A DNA stretch of 64,000 bases from NCBI GenBank assembly GCA_963829055.1, contig CAWHHI010000003.1, positions 448,001 through 512,000 of the forward strand, written 5' to 3'. The notes beneath the pieces are model-generated. The model was given only the letters and a program-made list of their open reading frames with translations. It was not told the DNA's origin and did not search any database. The DNA is from an uncultured Gemmatimonadaceae bacterium. GTDB taxonomy: Bacteria; Gemmatimonadota; Gemmatimonadetes; Gemmatimonadales; Gemmatimonadaceae. The position numbers were made by a program, and so were the translations under genes. Each line of letters begins with the position of its first letter. The first letter of the stretch is position 1. Shown piece after piece: positions 42,793 through 53,595 of the stretch.

Positions 42793-42975
42793 CGAATCGA
42801 TCGGTCACCCCCTGTCGTGGAGCGCGCACGTGCGCACCCCGGGTTCTCCAGTCACTGCCATCGTGGCGTGCCCGGTGATACTCCGTGAACCGACTGCGGC
42901 GAAGATGCCGAACATGCCGCGATGATACCCGCCACCGTCGCGAGCCAAACACCTTTGTCGCCCCCATCGAAGCAG

Positions 42976-44958
42976 TTACCCGCGCGATCGACCCGCCGCC
43001 CCGGATGTGCTTGTGAGTGCTTCGGCCCGTTCCGTTGCAGTCGTCCAGCTTTCGATTGCGCGCTCCAGCGCCGCCTTCGCCTGATCGAGCTCGGCACCGA
43101 GACGTGTGGCAGATGCCGCGCCACCAGTCGTCGTGTACAGTTCGGGATCGGCAAGGGTCGTTGTCAGCGCCAAGATCGTGCGCTCGAGTTTCGCGACTGT
43201 CTGCTCGGCGGTTTCTGCCTCGCGTTGTGCCTGACGCAGTGCGTCCTTCTGATCGCGCGAGCTCGTGTCGCGGCCCTTTACGGCCTGTCGCTCGCGCATG
43301 CGATGCGTGGCCGCCTCCTCCGAGGCTTTGACTTTTGCCGCGTGCGCCCGCTCGGCACTCACGACCTCCCATTCGCCGAAGCTTCCGTCGAACTCGGTGA
43401 TGTGACGGTCGTGGAGTACCCACATGCGGCCTGTCAGCGCGCGTAGGAGCGCTCGGTCGTGACTCACGATCATCACGGTGCCATCGTACGACTCGATCGC
43501 GTCCTCCAGCGCCTCGATCGATTCCACGTCGAGGTGGTTCGTTGGCTCATCGAGAATGAGTAGGTTCGCGCGCGCGAGCATCATCATCGCCAACGCAACT
43601 CTCGCGCGCTCGCCACCCGACAGCGACTCGGCGCGACGCTGGGCCTCGTCGCCGGAGAAACCGAAGCGACCGAGGTGACCCTGGATCATTCCGCGTTCCC
43701 ACGTCGGCCGTAGCTCCGCAATGATGTCGTACAGCGGGCGATCGATCGGGACCTGCGCGAGGTCCTGCCGGTAGTACGCGACCGTCGTTGAGCTCCCGAG
43801 CCGCACGGTTCCCGCGGCGGGCTCCATCTCGCCCAGCAATGTACGGAGCAACGTCGACTTGCCCGCGCCGTTCGGGCCGATCAGACCGAGACGGTCGCCA
43901 CGCCGGACATGTGCGGTGAATCTGTCGATCAGGATTCGATCCCCGATCGATATGCGTGCCTTGTCGGCAACGGCAACCACATCGCCCCCTCGCTCTGCAA
44001 CCTCGAAGCGGATGGCCATGATCGCCCCGCCGGTCTCGTCGGGTGGAGGGCTGAGCCGAGGCAGTCGCTCGAGTCGCTTTCGCCGACCCTTTGCCTGCTT
44101 GCTGTTCTGCCCGGCGATGTTCCGCCTGATGTAATCCTGTTCACCGGCGACCTGGCGTTTCTGCTTGTCGAACGCGCGCTGTTGCGTGAGTCGCCGTTCC
44201 ACACGCTGGTTCACGAACGACTCGTAGCCGCAGGCGTAGGTAGTCGTTGTGCCGTTCTCGACGTGCAGCGTATGGTCGATCACGTTCGCGAGAAACGCGC
44301 GGTCGTGGCTGATCAGAAGCACCGTCGCGTTCGTCTCGAGGAGGTAGCTCTCGAGCCACTCGGTCGTTTCGAGATCCAGGTGGTTCGTCGGCTCGTCGAG
44401 CAATAGCACATCGGCCGGAGCAACGAGCTGTCGGGCCAGACCAACGCGTCCGCGCTCGCCGCCGCTGAGCGTGTCCAGTTGCTTCGATCTCGCCTCGGTC
44501 GGGTCGAACCCAAGCCCGTGCAGAACGGCATCGACGCGCGCGGTGACTTCGTAGCCGCCCTCACGCTCGAATCGTTCGAGATCGTGCGAGTACTGGTCGA
44601 GCATTTGCGGCGTCGCCGCTTCACCGAGGCGACCGATCTCGGTCGACTGCTCACCGAGTGACCGCTCCAGATCGAGCAGATGCTCGAACGCACCAGCCAC
44701 ACCTTGCCATACGGTTGTCGCATCACCGAAATCGCGGTGCTGCTCGAGGAGCGTTATGCGCGTGCCGGGCGCCCGCACGATAACGCCTCGCGTAGGTTCG
44801 AGCGCCCCCGTGACGAGGTTGAACAGGGTCGTCTTTCCGGTCCCGTTCCGGCCGATGATGCCCCACTTTTCTCCGGACGCGATCGTGAACGTCACGTCAC
44901 GCAGGATCGTGCTGTCGCCGAACTCCACCGCGACGTTCGATAGCGCGATCTGCGTCAT
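42976..44958 (-). CDS. ABC-F family ATPase
   Basis: Two NBDs (GRNGTGKTT, GPNGAGKST, LSGGE, LDEPTNHLD), no TM, C-terminal coiled coil. Confidence 0.93.
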   Translation of the reverse strand: MTQIALSNVAVEFGDSTILRDVTFTIASGEKWGIIGRNGTGKTTLFNLVTGALEPTRGVIVRAPGTRITLLEQHRDFGDATTVWQGVAGAFEHLLDLERSLGEQSTEIGRLGEAATPQMLDQYSHDLERFEREGGYEVTARVDAVLHGLGFDPTEARSKQLDTLSGGERGRVGLARQLVAPADVLLLDEPTNHLDLETTEWLESYLLETNATVLLISHDRAFLANVIDHTLHVENGTTTTYACGYESFVNQRVERRLTQQRAFDKQKRQVAGEQDYIRRNIAGQNSKQAKGRRKRLERLPRLSPPPDETGGAIMAIRFEVAERGGDVVAVADKARISIGDRILIDRFTAHVRRGDRLGLIGPNGAGKSTLLRTLLGEMEPAAGTVRLGSSTTVAYYRQDLAQVPIDRPLYDIIAELRPTWERGMIQGHLGRFGFSGDEAQRRAESLSGGERARVALAMMMLARANLLILDEPTNHLDVESIEALEDAIESYDGTVMIVSHDRALLRALTGRMWVLHDRHITEFDGSFGEWEVVSAERAHAAKVKASEEAATHRMRERQAVKGRDTSSRDQKDALRQAQREAETAEQTVAKLERTILALTTTLADPELYTTTGGAASATRLGAELDQAKAALERAIESWTTATERAEALTSTSGAAGRSRG

Positions 44959-44965
44959 GAGGCGC

Positions 44966-45355
44966 TCATCCCTGCACCCACGAAGTCCACTCCGGCTCGG
45001 CGAGTCCGATGGTGAGACGACTGGCGGCCCGTGCCAGCGGGATCTTCAGCAGCATCGGGTCGTCGACGAGCTTTTCCAACCAGCGTGTATCGCTGTATTG
45101 CGCGTGGGCATACCCGAGTTCCTGGTATCGCTTTGAATTCCGATCAATGAGCGCTTGGGTCCCAAACTTCTGTGCGAAGCGGTTGAGCTCACCGAGCGAC
45201 GCCGCTCGCTCAGCGAGGTCGACGAAATGGGTTTTCACACGGCGTTCGGCGAAGAAGCGCAGCGCTTTGCGAGTGTCCGCGTTCTTCTTGAAGCCGAAGA
45301 TCTGAACTTCCACGGGCTGGAAAAACGAAGGTGATGGAACGGGCGATGTCATCAC
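44966..45355 (-). CDS. ArsC/Spx/YffB-like protein (start may be 45313)
   Basis: TRKALRFF...PMLLKIPL; no CxxC. Confidence 0.75.
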   Translation of the reverse strand: MMTSPVPSPSFFQPVEVQIFGFKKNADTRKALRFFAERRVKTHFVDLAERAASLGELNRFAQKFGTQALIDRNSKRYQELGYAHAQYSDTRWLEKLVDDPMLLKIPLARAASRLTIGLAEPEWTSWVQG

Positions 45356-45392
45356 GGACCGGCGTCCGGGCGAGCAGGAGAAATCTACGCCG

Positions 45393-46415
45393 ATGGTAGC
45401 CAGGACCTACTCCCCATCCTGGTGGCTTCCCGGGCCGCACGCGAGAACGATGTGGGGCCGCTTCTTCAGGCGTACACCGCCGCTCGGGACTCGCGTCGAG
45501 CGATGGGATACCGAGGATGGAGATTTCATCGACATGGTGCGTCTCGATGCTGCGGCGGGGCGTCCGCATCTCGTGATCCTTCACGGACTGGAGGGAACAC
45601 CGCGATCGCACTACGCCCGTGGGCTGTTTCTGGAAGCGGCGCGACGCGGGTGGGCGGCCGACCTCCTCATCTTTCGCGGCTGCGGCGAGGAGCTCAACCG
45701 CGCTCCGCGGTTCTATCACTCGGGCGACACGGGTGACGTCGACGCTGTCGTGCGTCGCCTGCTCGCTGCCGATCACGACGCGCCGTTCGTCTTCGCTGGC
45801 GTTTCACTCGGCGGGAACGTGCTGCTGAAATGGCTTGGTGAGCTCGGGGAATCGGCGCCGTCACGCATTCGGGCGGCGGCTGCTGTCTCTGTTCCGTTCG
45901 ATCTGGCACGTGCCTCACGACACATTGGGCACGGCTTCGCGCGTGTGTACCAGACACACTTTCTCAAGTCACTGCGCCGGAAAGCCCTGGCGAAGCTCGA
46001 ACGCTATCCGCAGCTCGTTCCGCGCGAGCGCATCGAGTCGGCACGCACGTTGTATGACTTTGATGACGCGGTGACTGCTCCAGTGCACGGCTTCAGCGAT
46101 GCGAACGACTATTACACTCGTTCGAGCTCGATTCGATTCCTTCCGGATATTCGTGTGCGGACGCTGCTCCTCAACGCTATTGATGATCCGTTCCTTCCGC
46201 GTGATGTGTTGCATCAGGTCAGGCGTATCGCCGCGGGTAACGACTGTCTCGAGGTGGAGTTTCCCGCGACCGGTGGACACGTGGGATTCGTGTCGGGCCG
46301 GAACCCGCTTCGCCCGTTCTACTATGCGGAGTGGCGGGTGACCGAATTCCTGGAGCATGCGTTGACGACGGCTTACGATCCCGCGGTTGGCGCATTACGA
46401 TCAGTCGCGACGTGA
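45393..46415 (+). CDS. YheT-like alpha/beta hydrolase
   Basis: HGLEG, FRGC, YHSG, GVSLGGN, DDPF, GGHVGF. Confidence 0.9.
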   Translation: MVARTYSPSWWLPGPHARTMWGRFFRRTPPLGTRVERWDTEDGDFIDMVRLDAAAGRPHLVILHGLEGTPRSHYARGLFLEAARRGWAADLLIFRGCGEELNRAPRFYHSGDTGDVDAVVRRLLAADHDAPFVFAGVSLGGNVLLKWLGELGESAPSRIRAAAAVSVPFDLARASRHIGHGFARVYQTHFLKSLRRKALAKLERYPQLVPRERIESARTLYDFDDAVTAPVHGFSDANDYYTRSSSIRFLPDIRVRTLLLNAIDDPFLPRDVLHQVRRIAAGNDCLEVEFPATGGHVGFVSGRNPLRPFYYAEWRVTEFLEHALTTAYDPAVGALRSVAT

Positions 46416-46485
46416 CGACGCTCGGACCTACGGGCGCCGCTTCCTGTTCACGATGGACTAGCACGGCTCGATTCTCACCGCACTG

Positions 46486-47046
46486 ATGCAGCTCTTCTAT
46501 CTCGCAGCGTTTCTGACCGGCTTGCTGCTCGGCGTCTATGCGATGATCCGTGGTGTCGAGCGCATTGGCACTGGGAATCGCTCACCCGAGCTCGACGCGA
46601 TGGGTCGGCCCATTGGCGTACCTCGCATGGCACTCAGCGCGCCGACGGTTGGTGCGTTCGCCACCGTGTTTGGTATTACCGGGTACCTCCTGTGGCGGTA
46701 CAGCGCACTGGAGCTTTCCCTGCAGTTGACGATCGGGCTCGCGGCGGCGTTGGTGGGCACGGTGATCGCAACCATCGCCGTGAGGCGCTGGGCGACGCTG
46801 GCGGCCGAGCACGACAGCGTCGATGAGCGATACCTCCTGCAGGGACATCCCGCGCAGGTTGTCTCGGCCATCGAGCAAACGGGGAGCGGCGAGATTGCGT
46901 ATTTCGTAGGTGGCAAGCGGTATGCGACCGCTGCCCAGAGCCTCGACGGCACGCCAGTCGCTGTCGGAACGGAAGTCATCATCGACAGGGTCGAGGGCGG
47001 CGTGGCTTACGTCGAGTCGTGGGTGGAAGTGGAGCAGCGACTATAG
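46486..47046 (+). CDS. Short NfeD-like membrane protein
   Basis: Three TMs followed by an OB-like tail (GEIAY...GTEVIIDRVEGGVAYV). Confidence 0.75.
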   Translation: MQLFYLAAFLTGLLLGVYAMIRGVERIGTGNRSPELDAMGRPIGVPRMALSAPTVGAFATVFGITGYLLWRYSALELSLQLTIGLAAALVGTVIATIAVRRWATLAAEHDSVDERYLLQGHPAQVVSAIEQTGSGEIAYFVGGKRYATAAQSLDGTPVAVGTEVIIDRVEGGVAYVESWVEVEQRL

Positions 47047-47121
47047 CGCGTTCGCTGTAGCGCACGGAACGCCGAAGGTCGGCATCTGGTGCTGACCCGC
47101 ATGCAGTGAGGAGGTGGCACC

Positions 47122-47413
47122 ATGTCCGACGCCGCGATTTTCGCGATCGTGTTCGTGTCCATCTTCGTGCTGCGGATTGCTCGCGGCGACGCTCGTGTTC
47201 TACTGGATCCTCCCGCAGAACGATCGCTGCCCGAACTGCAACGCGATCACGTTGCACATGCAGTCCCGGGGACTTGGACGGTGGATGCGATGGCTCCGCT
47301 CCAGCTGGTGCATCAGCTGCGGGTGGACTGGGATGCTCCGCCACGGTCCGGTAAGCCAGGCGCCGACCGCCCCAGTGAGTGTTCCTGTAGAGCGTCACCG
47401 GTCGGCGACGTAG
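47122..47413 (+). CDS. Small membrane protein with CxxC...CxxC zinc ribbon (frameshift near 47180)
   Basis: GAGGAGG RBS; MSDAAIFAIVFVSIFVLRI joins AATLVFYWILPQNDRCPNC...WCISCGW. Confidence 0.6.
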
Positions 47414-47679
47414 AGCCGAATCCACGGCGGCCAGTTCCCACTGAGCTCGAAGTACTCGTCGAAGTAGACGAGTCCGGCCCCTTCGAGATCATCGAGGATG
47501 TCGCGGAGGGCCGTGTCGTCGGGAATCGGACCGATCATGATGAGGCCTCCGTCGACAGTGAACTCATCGGCGGTGAGGTTGAGTCGTTCATCGATGGCGG
47601 CGCGCGTGAGGTTTGCGCGTTCGTACGCGTCGCGCTTGATGAGCAGCATCGATTGACCCGCCGGGATCTCATGCGCCAT
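47395..47679 (-). CDS. Conserved hypothetical protein
   Basis: Protein-like composition, GLVYFDEYFELSGNWPPW. Confidence 0.65.
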   Translation of the reverse strand: MAHEIPAGQSMLLIKRDAYERANLTRAAIDERLNLTADEFTVDGGLIMIGPIPDDTALRDILDDLEGAGLVYFDEYFELSGNWPPWIRLYVADR

Positions 47680-47798
47680 CAGCAGTATCCTCTCGTTTCG
47701 AAGAGCACGCGCCGGGTGCTGGCGTAAGTCACGCCTGGCCGGGTCACGCTCGTCTGATGTTGTTCACCCGGATTCCTCCGCGACAGTAGCTTTCTCAC

Positions 47799-49790
47799 AT
47801 GCCACCGCACGATCCCTCACGACCACTGGAAGAAGAGTTCGACGTCATCGTCGTTGGCGCCGGGCACGCGGGCACCGAAGCAGCGGTTGCCGCCGCTCGT
47901 CTAGGCGCGCGCGTCGGACTCATAACGAGCGCGCTCGAGAGTATCGGGCAGATGTCGTGCAATCCAGCTATCGGCGGCGTCGCGAAAGGCACGGTCGTCC
48001 GCGAGGTCGACGCACTCGGTGGCATCATGGGCCGCGCCACGGACATGGCGACTCTTCAGTTCCGGATGCTGAATCGCGGCAAGGGTGCCGCTGTGTGGGC
48101 GCCTCGGGCGCAGTGCGATCGCGGCCTTTATCGAAGGGCGGTCCGCACTCTCATCGAGCAGCATCGGTCGCTCCGCTGCATTCAAGGGACGGTCGCGCGT
48201 CTGCTACTCGATGACGCTGCGGGGACGGTGCATGGTGTCGAAACTCTGGAGGGCCGACGCTTCGGCGCCCGCGCGGTTGTAGTCACGACCGGCACCTTCC
48301 TGCGCGGTCGCATTCACATCGGGACGGGTACGCGAATCGCTGGCGGGCGTGCCGGAGAGGCATCCTCCATCCACCTTGCGGAGCAGCTCGAGAATGCTGG
48401 GCTGACGGTGGCGCGGTTCAAGACCGGGACGCCTCCTCGGATCGACGGACGATCGGTGGACTTTTCGGGACTGGAGCGACAGGAGAGCGAGCTCGATCAA
48501 TTCCGTTACTCGTGGTCACACTTCTGGGCAGAAAGCAACGCGACACCGACTGGACAGTATCACGCTGCTACGAACGCCGCTCTGGAGTCACGACCTATCC
48601 GGCTCTCGCAGCAGCCTTGCTGGATCACCTTTCTCGGAGACGCGGGAAAACAGCTAATTACTGACAATCTGTCGGCATCAGCAATGTATGGTGGCGCCAT
48701 TGAGTCGCGAGGGCCACGCTACTGCCCATCCGTCGAAGACAAGGTGGTGAAGTTCCCGGATGCGGAGCGCCACCAGATTTTCCTCGAGCCCGAAGGGTTG
48801 GACACATCGGAGATGTACGTGAATGGGCTATCCACGTCACTGCCGGCTGACGTTCAGCTAGCAGTCCTCCAAACGATCCCCGGTCTCGCCGATGTCCGCA
48901 TGACGAGGGCCGGCTACGCGATCGAGTATGACTTCTTCCCACCGACGCAGCTGGATCCGGCGTTTCAGGTCAAGGCGCTTCACGGGCTGTACTTCGCTGG
49001 TCAGATCAACGGGACCACTGGTTACGAGGAAGCTGCGGGGCAGGGCGTGGTCGCGGGGCTCAACGCGGGCCTCGCCGCCCTGGATCGCCCGCCGATCTAC
49101 CTTGGCCGACACACGTCGTACATCGCCGTTCTCGCCGACGACCTGGTGACGCGAGGCGTGGATGAGCCGTATCGGCTCTTCACGTCGCGCTCCGAGTTCC
49201 GCCTGACGGTGCGCCAGGATAACGCGCTCCGACGTCTCGCTCCCATCGCGTTTGAACTGGGCCTTTACACCGACGCGGAACATCAACGCGCGGAGCGTCG
49301 CCTCGGAGCCGAAGAAGAAGCCATGGAGCTCGCCGGTGCAACGAGCATTCGGCCCGAATCCGCGGCACCGCTGCTGGACGCAGCCGGCAGCTCACCGCTA
49401 GCCCACGCCGTCCGACTTTCCGAGGTCGTGAAACGACAGGGCGTGTCCCTCTCCGACCTGTTTGCGGTGACCGGCGTCGGCGAGCATCTCGTGGCCGAGG
49501 CGGTGATTACCACCGAGCTCGAGCTCAAATACGCTGGGTACTTCGAACGGGAGCGGTCGCAGGCGGAGAAGCTCAAACGCATGGGCGAGTTTCTCTTGGA
49601 CGATAGCCTGGCCTACGATCGGATGCGTTCGCTATCGACGGAGGCTCGCCAGAAGTTGGCGAGCGTTCGTCCGCGGTCGCTCGCACAGGCGTCTCGCATC
49701 TCCGGCGTGAGCCCGAGTGATCTTCAGAACCTGGTCATCGAAGTCGAGCGTCAGCGCCGAGTTGCGGCGAGAAACGCAGAGGCGTCCTAA
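47799..49790 (+). CDS. mnmG: tRNA U34 carboxymethylaminomethyl modification enzyme (GidA)
   Basis: GAGHAG.EAA, MSCNPAIGG, KTGTPPR, GPRYCPS, AGQINGTTGYEEAA. Confidence 0.97.
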   Translation: MPPHDPSRPLEEEFDVIVVGAGHAGTEAAVAAARLGARVGLITSALESIGQMSCNPAIGGVAKGTVVREVDALGGIMGRATDMATLQFRMLNRGKGAAVWAPRAQCDRGLYRRAVRTLIEQHRSLRCIQGTVARLLLDDAAGTVHGVETLEGRRFGARAVVVTTGTFLRGRIHIGTGTRIAGGRAGEASSIHLAEQLENAGLTVARFKTGTPPRIDGRSVDFSGLERQESELDQFRYSWSHFWAESNATPTGQYHAATNAALESRPIRLSQQPCWITFLGDAGKQLITDNLSASAMYGGAIESRGPRYCPSVEDKVVKFPDAERHQIFLEPEGLDTSEMYVNGLSTSLPADVQLAVLQTIPGLADVRMTRAGYAIEYDFFPPTQLDPAFQVKALHGLYFAGQINGTTGYEEAAGQGVVAGLNAGLAALDRPPIYLGRHTSYIAVLADDLVTRGVDEPYRLFTSRSEFRLTVRQDNALRRLAPIAFELGLYTDAEHQRAERRLGAEEEAMELAGATSIRPESAAPLLDAAGSSPLAHAVRLSEVVKRQGVSLSDLFAVTGVGEHLVAEAVITTELELKYAGYFERERSQAEKLKRMGEFLLDDSLAYDRMRSLSTEARQKLASVRPRSLAQASRISGVSPSDLQNLVIEVERQRRVAARNAEAS

Positions 49791-49876
49791 CCGCTAGGAA
49801 TCGTTGCCGCCGGCGGCGTGATGGCCGCTCGGGCCGCCGCCCCTGCGGTTTGCCTCCCCTCGGTCAGGTCTAGCGC

Positions 49877-51919
49877 GTGGCCAACCTTGAACGTTCACCC
49901 GAGCCGCATAGCTGGCGCTGGCTTGCGGTCGCCTTTGCCACGGTGGTGGCGGGCCTCGCTTTCCTTCCGCTCGTCAATTGGCTGCCTGGAGGCCACGCGG
50001 CACCGTGGTATTCGACCGTCCTCACGGAGTGGACGAGCGGATCGGCGATCGTCGTCGGGCTCGCGCTCGTGTTGGCGATCGTTTCCCGCCGGGTGAGTGG
50101 GGTCTGGCGCGACGGCGCGCTCGAGCCCGTGTCGGCGTGGGCCGACCGGCACGCCATGCTCTTTGGTCTCGTCCTCGGCGGTGCGTCGCTCGTGCTCTAC
50201 GCCGTGGTCGCATCGCGCGTGTTTTCGCGAGTCCCGATCTCGATCGACGAGCTCGTCCAGCTCGTGCAGGCCAGGACCTTCGCCGCCGGTCGGTTGTGGC
50301 AGCCTGCGTCCGCGACGCCGGAGTTCTATAGCGTCTTGAACGTGGTCGATGCCGACGGGCGTTACTACGGACAGTTCCCGCCTGGCGGTCCAGCCATGCT
50401 CTCGTTAGGCGTGCTGGTCGGCGCGCCGTGGCTGGTCGGTCCTGTGTGCGGCGCGGTGGCGGTGGCCGCGTTCTGGTCCTTCGTGCGGGTGGTAGAGCCC
50501 CGGCGCGAGGTCGCGGTCGGAGCGACGCTCCTGTTCGCGGTCGCGCCATTTGCTGTGTTCATGTCGGGGTCGCACATGAACCACGTGCCGACGATGATGT
50601 GGCTCGTCGTGGCAATGGCGGCGATGGCGCGTGTGGTGTCGTCATCAGCACCGGTGCCGCAGTTCGCGTTCGTGAACGGCGTGGCGCTCGGATGTGCAGC
50701 AACCATTCGGCCGGTGGATGCGTTTGCGTTCGCACTGCCCGCGGGCGTGTGGTACCTGTGGAATGCGTTAGGCAACCGCGCGCGATGGCGCGACGCTATC
50801 ACTTCGGGCGTGGGCGTGGCGATCCCGGTCGCGGCGATGATGTGGGTCAACGCGCACACGACGGGGAAGCCGCTGCTCTTCGGATATCAGGTGCTCTGGG
50901 GACACAGTCACGATCTCGGCTTTCACCGTGCGCCGTGGGGAATGGCTCACACGCCTGCGAGTGGCCTGGAGCTCATCAACCTCTATCTCCTCCGACTGCA
51001 GACGTACCTTTTCGAGTCGTCCGTGCCGTCGCTCCTGCCGTTTCTCGGCGCGTTGTTGCTGACGCGTACGTTGGACCGGTTCGATCGCTATCTACTGGCG
51101 ACTACGGTATTCCTGCTGGGGTTGTACTTCGCATACTGGCATGACGGGTTCCTTTTCGGACCACGCTTCGTTTTCCCGTTGTTGCCGATGCTCGTGCTGT
51201 GGACGGCTCGATTTCCGCGGCTGGTTCGCGAACGTTTCGGATCGGGGCTCCCCTACCGGGTGACGTGGTATGGGTTCGCGGTCGCTGCGGTCCTTGCGAT
51301 TTTCGTCTCGGTGCCGGCGCGCGCCCGTGAGTACGCGAGGTCGTTCGTGCCCATGCGGCTCGACTACCTGGCCGCGGCGCGGCGCGCGCGCGTCGACAAC
51401 GCGCTCATTTTCGTACGCGAGAGTTGGGGCACCCAGCTCATGGCGCGTATGTGGGCTCTCGGCGTTCCGCGGAGTGAGACGGAGTTACTCTACGGGAGCG
51501 TCGATGCGTGCGCACTGGAGCAGCGGATCGGATTCCTCGAGCGCAGTATGGTTCGTGACACGGCTGCGTTCAACGCGTTGGTTCCGCTGCTCGCGGACTC
51601 GTCTCGCACGATCAAGTCGCCGTTCTCCCTCGACGTCACTGAGCGCTACCTGCCAGGATCATCGTACGCTGCGGTGTGCGTCGAACGCATCAACGACGAT
51701 CGCTTGGGATTCACACTATTGGCGCCACTGTTGTACGCGGACTGGGGAACGAACCTGTACGCGCGCGACATGCACGACCGTAACGTCGCACTCATCCGTC
51801 GCTACCCTGACAGGCCGCTCTACCTCTTGCGGCCGGCGACGAATGACATCGGGTCTGCCCCGCAGTTGTTTCCGCTCTCGCGCGACTCTCTGCGCGCGGC
51901 GTGGGGCGGGGCGGAGTGA
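49877..51919 (+). CDS. Polytopic GT-C-type (ArnT/PMT-like) glycosyltransferase
   Basis: Many TMs, acidic IDE loop motif, QFPPG, RPVDA, GPRF. Confidence 0.7.
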   Translation: MANLERSPEPHSWRWLAVAFATVVAGLAFLPLVNWLPGGHAAPWYSTVLTEWTSGSAIVVGLALVLAIVSRRVSGVWRDGALEPVSAWADRHAMLFGLVLGGASLVLYAVVASRVFSRVPISIDELVQLVQARTFAAGRLWQPASATPEFYSVLNVVDADGRYYGQFPPGGPAMLSLGVLVGAPWLVGPVCGAVAVAAFWSFVRVVEPRREVAVGATLLFAVAPFAVFMSGSHMNHVPTMMWLVVAMAAMARVVSSSAPVPQFAFVNGVALGCAATIRPVDAFAFALPAGVWYLWNALGNRARWRDAITSGVGVAIPVAAMMWVNAHTTGKPLLFGYQVLWGHSHDLGFHRAPWGMAHTPASGLELINLYLLRLQTYLFESSVPSLLPFLGALLLTRTLDRFDRYLLATTVFLLGLYFAYWHDGFLFGPRFVFPLLPMLVLWTARFPRLVRERFGSGLPYRVTWYGFAVAAVLAIFVSVPARAREYARSFVPMRLDYLAAARRARVDNALIFVRESWGTQLMARMWALGVPRSETELLYGSVDACALEQRIGFLERSMVRDTAAFNALVPLLADSSRTIKSPFSLDVTERYLPGSSYAAVCVERINDDRLGFTLLAPLLYADWGTNLYARDMHDRNVALIRRYPDRPLYLLRPATNDIGSAPQLFPLSRDSLRAAWGGAE

Positions 51920-53481
51920 TCGCGCGTTAGGCACGCGCGCGGTCTGGGGCTGGCGACTGCGGTAGCCACTGAATGCCATTAGGTCGCCGGCCTGTAGGCC
52001 CGCGGCGAGACCACGCAGCTCTTGGGTGAGCTGATTGCGGTTCGCCACACGTTCGTAGTAGCCACCCCCGCTGATTGAATTCTCGATTCGTCGTGCAGAC
52101 GGGCATTTTCACCACGAAGGACGCCAGGGCTGCTTCGGCGTTCATCCAGGCGAACTTCTTCGACACGACATCCTGAATGGAAGGTGTTTTGAGAAGAAGC
52201 CGGAAACGACTGAAACGGCCCGATCCCATCGCGACCGGGCAGAGCCGTCTTATTCGCCATGGACCGCCCGGGATTTGAGTCACCCGGCTCGCATGGCCTT
52301 GGCGCCGTTCCTATTAGTAGCTAGTGGATACTATTGTGACCTCGGGCGAGACGACTACAAACCGCTGCTTGTTCGCGCACTATTTGTCACGAGAATACCG
52401 ACACGGACGCAGGGTTACGTGCGTTTGTTCTTATGTGCGTGTGTTCTAGTGATGCCGACTGTGGCAGCAGCGGCGTTGAAGCGCTGGCCGTAAGCACTTG
52501 CTGTTCGGCAACGGCGACTCCGCACTCTCAGCAAGTCGCCCACAGTCGTACCGTGGCGCTGCCGTAGTGCGATGGGAATGCGATCCAGTACCGCCGCGCG
52601 GCGCAGATAACGCGTCGTCGGCGCGCATGGGCGACGCCACGCCGAAGCTCGGCTGGCCTAGGACCGACCAGGAGCGGGGCCGTTGTCACTCATGAATACG
52701 TCGCCGCGCTGGAGCGGAGACGCGGTACCCGGATCGACGTTCAGGTACGGGTCGAAGTTCATGATCGACTCCGACAGGCACGACTCCACGAGCCAGTAGC
52801 CCGGCGGATTCCGTCGTGCCATGATTTCGATTCGATAGTACTGGCCGCAGTTCACTGAGTGCGAACGCATGCAAACTCGTCCAAGCCGAAGTGGGACGTA
52901 TCGAGGAAGTTGCGGCATGTCGAGAGCGCAGGGGCCGCTTACCTATTAACGCATCGTACCGCAGCGAGTCGATCAGGTTGGCTCCCGTTTCGGTTCGCAG
53001 GCGGGGTAAGTCCGACAATGCACCGGACGGGTTCGGGCGCGTCCCTAAGGCAAGTAGCATCACATGTCGGGCTGTGGAGCATGTCATGCCTTGGACACGT
53101 CGGCTTCGCGCCGGCTTCCCTGCGGGAGATGGTTGCGGTCCCGGCGGCACCATCTACGACGAGCAGCCGGTTTACGCGTGGTTCTGGCTCACGAACGTTC
53201 TACGACTCGATAGTTCGTGAGCCGGTCGGTGACAATTGCTAAGCTCGCTTTATACGGGCTAATCTGCGGCAAGCGGGTCACGCACGTTATTCTCTCCCGG
53301 TGCGGTGCTTTGCTGTGGCAGATTGGCGTTCGTGCCCACCGGCGCTCGACTGGTCGCCTTAGGCGCGTCGCTCGCGACGTCGGTGAACGCGCCGATCTGT
53401 CTGTGGATTCGGTCCAGGGTCTCCACGAAAGCAGTCCTGAGCCGGGTACACGCAGGCGAGCGCTGCGGGAAGGACAATCGA

Positions 53482-53497
53482 TGTTTCACGTGAAACA
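53482..53497. promoter_or_regulatory. parS centromere site 1
   Basis: TGTTTCACGTGAAACA, a perfect consensus palindrome. Confidence 0.95.
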
Positions 53498-53507
53498 TTT
53501 CTGTGCC

Positions 53508-53523
53508 TGTTTCACGTGAAACG
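53508..53523. promoter_or_regulatory. parS centromere site 2
   Basis: TGTTTCACGTGAAACG, 15/16 match, 10 bp from site 1. Confidence 0.92.
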
Positions 53524-53595
53524 TTGCTGGCCTGCGGGGGTGGCCATTCCTATATTTCGCGCCCTCCCGTATCTCGGACTCGCACCGGCAATGCA

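Noticed and set aside
42793..42975. yybP-ykoY (Mn2+) riboswitch upstream of the terC/alx gene
   Set aside because: Expected from family context, but I could not find the conserved motifs; needs an Infernal scan.
46486..47046. NfeD-flotillin module
   Set aside because: No SPFH/flotillin gene is adjacent in the window.
53402..53410. DnaA box (TGTGGATTC) marking oriC
   Set aside because: A single site with two mismatches, no box cluster and no clear AT-rich unwinding element.
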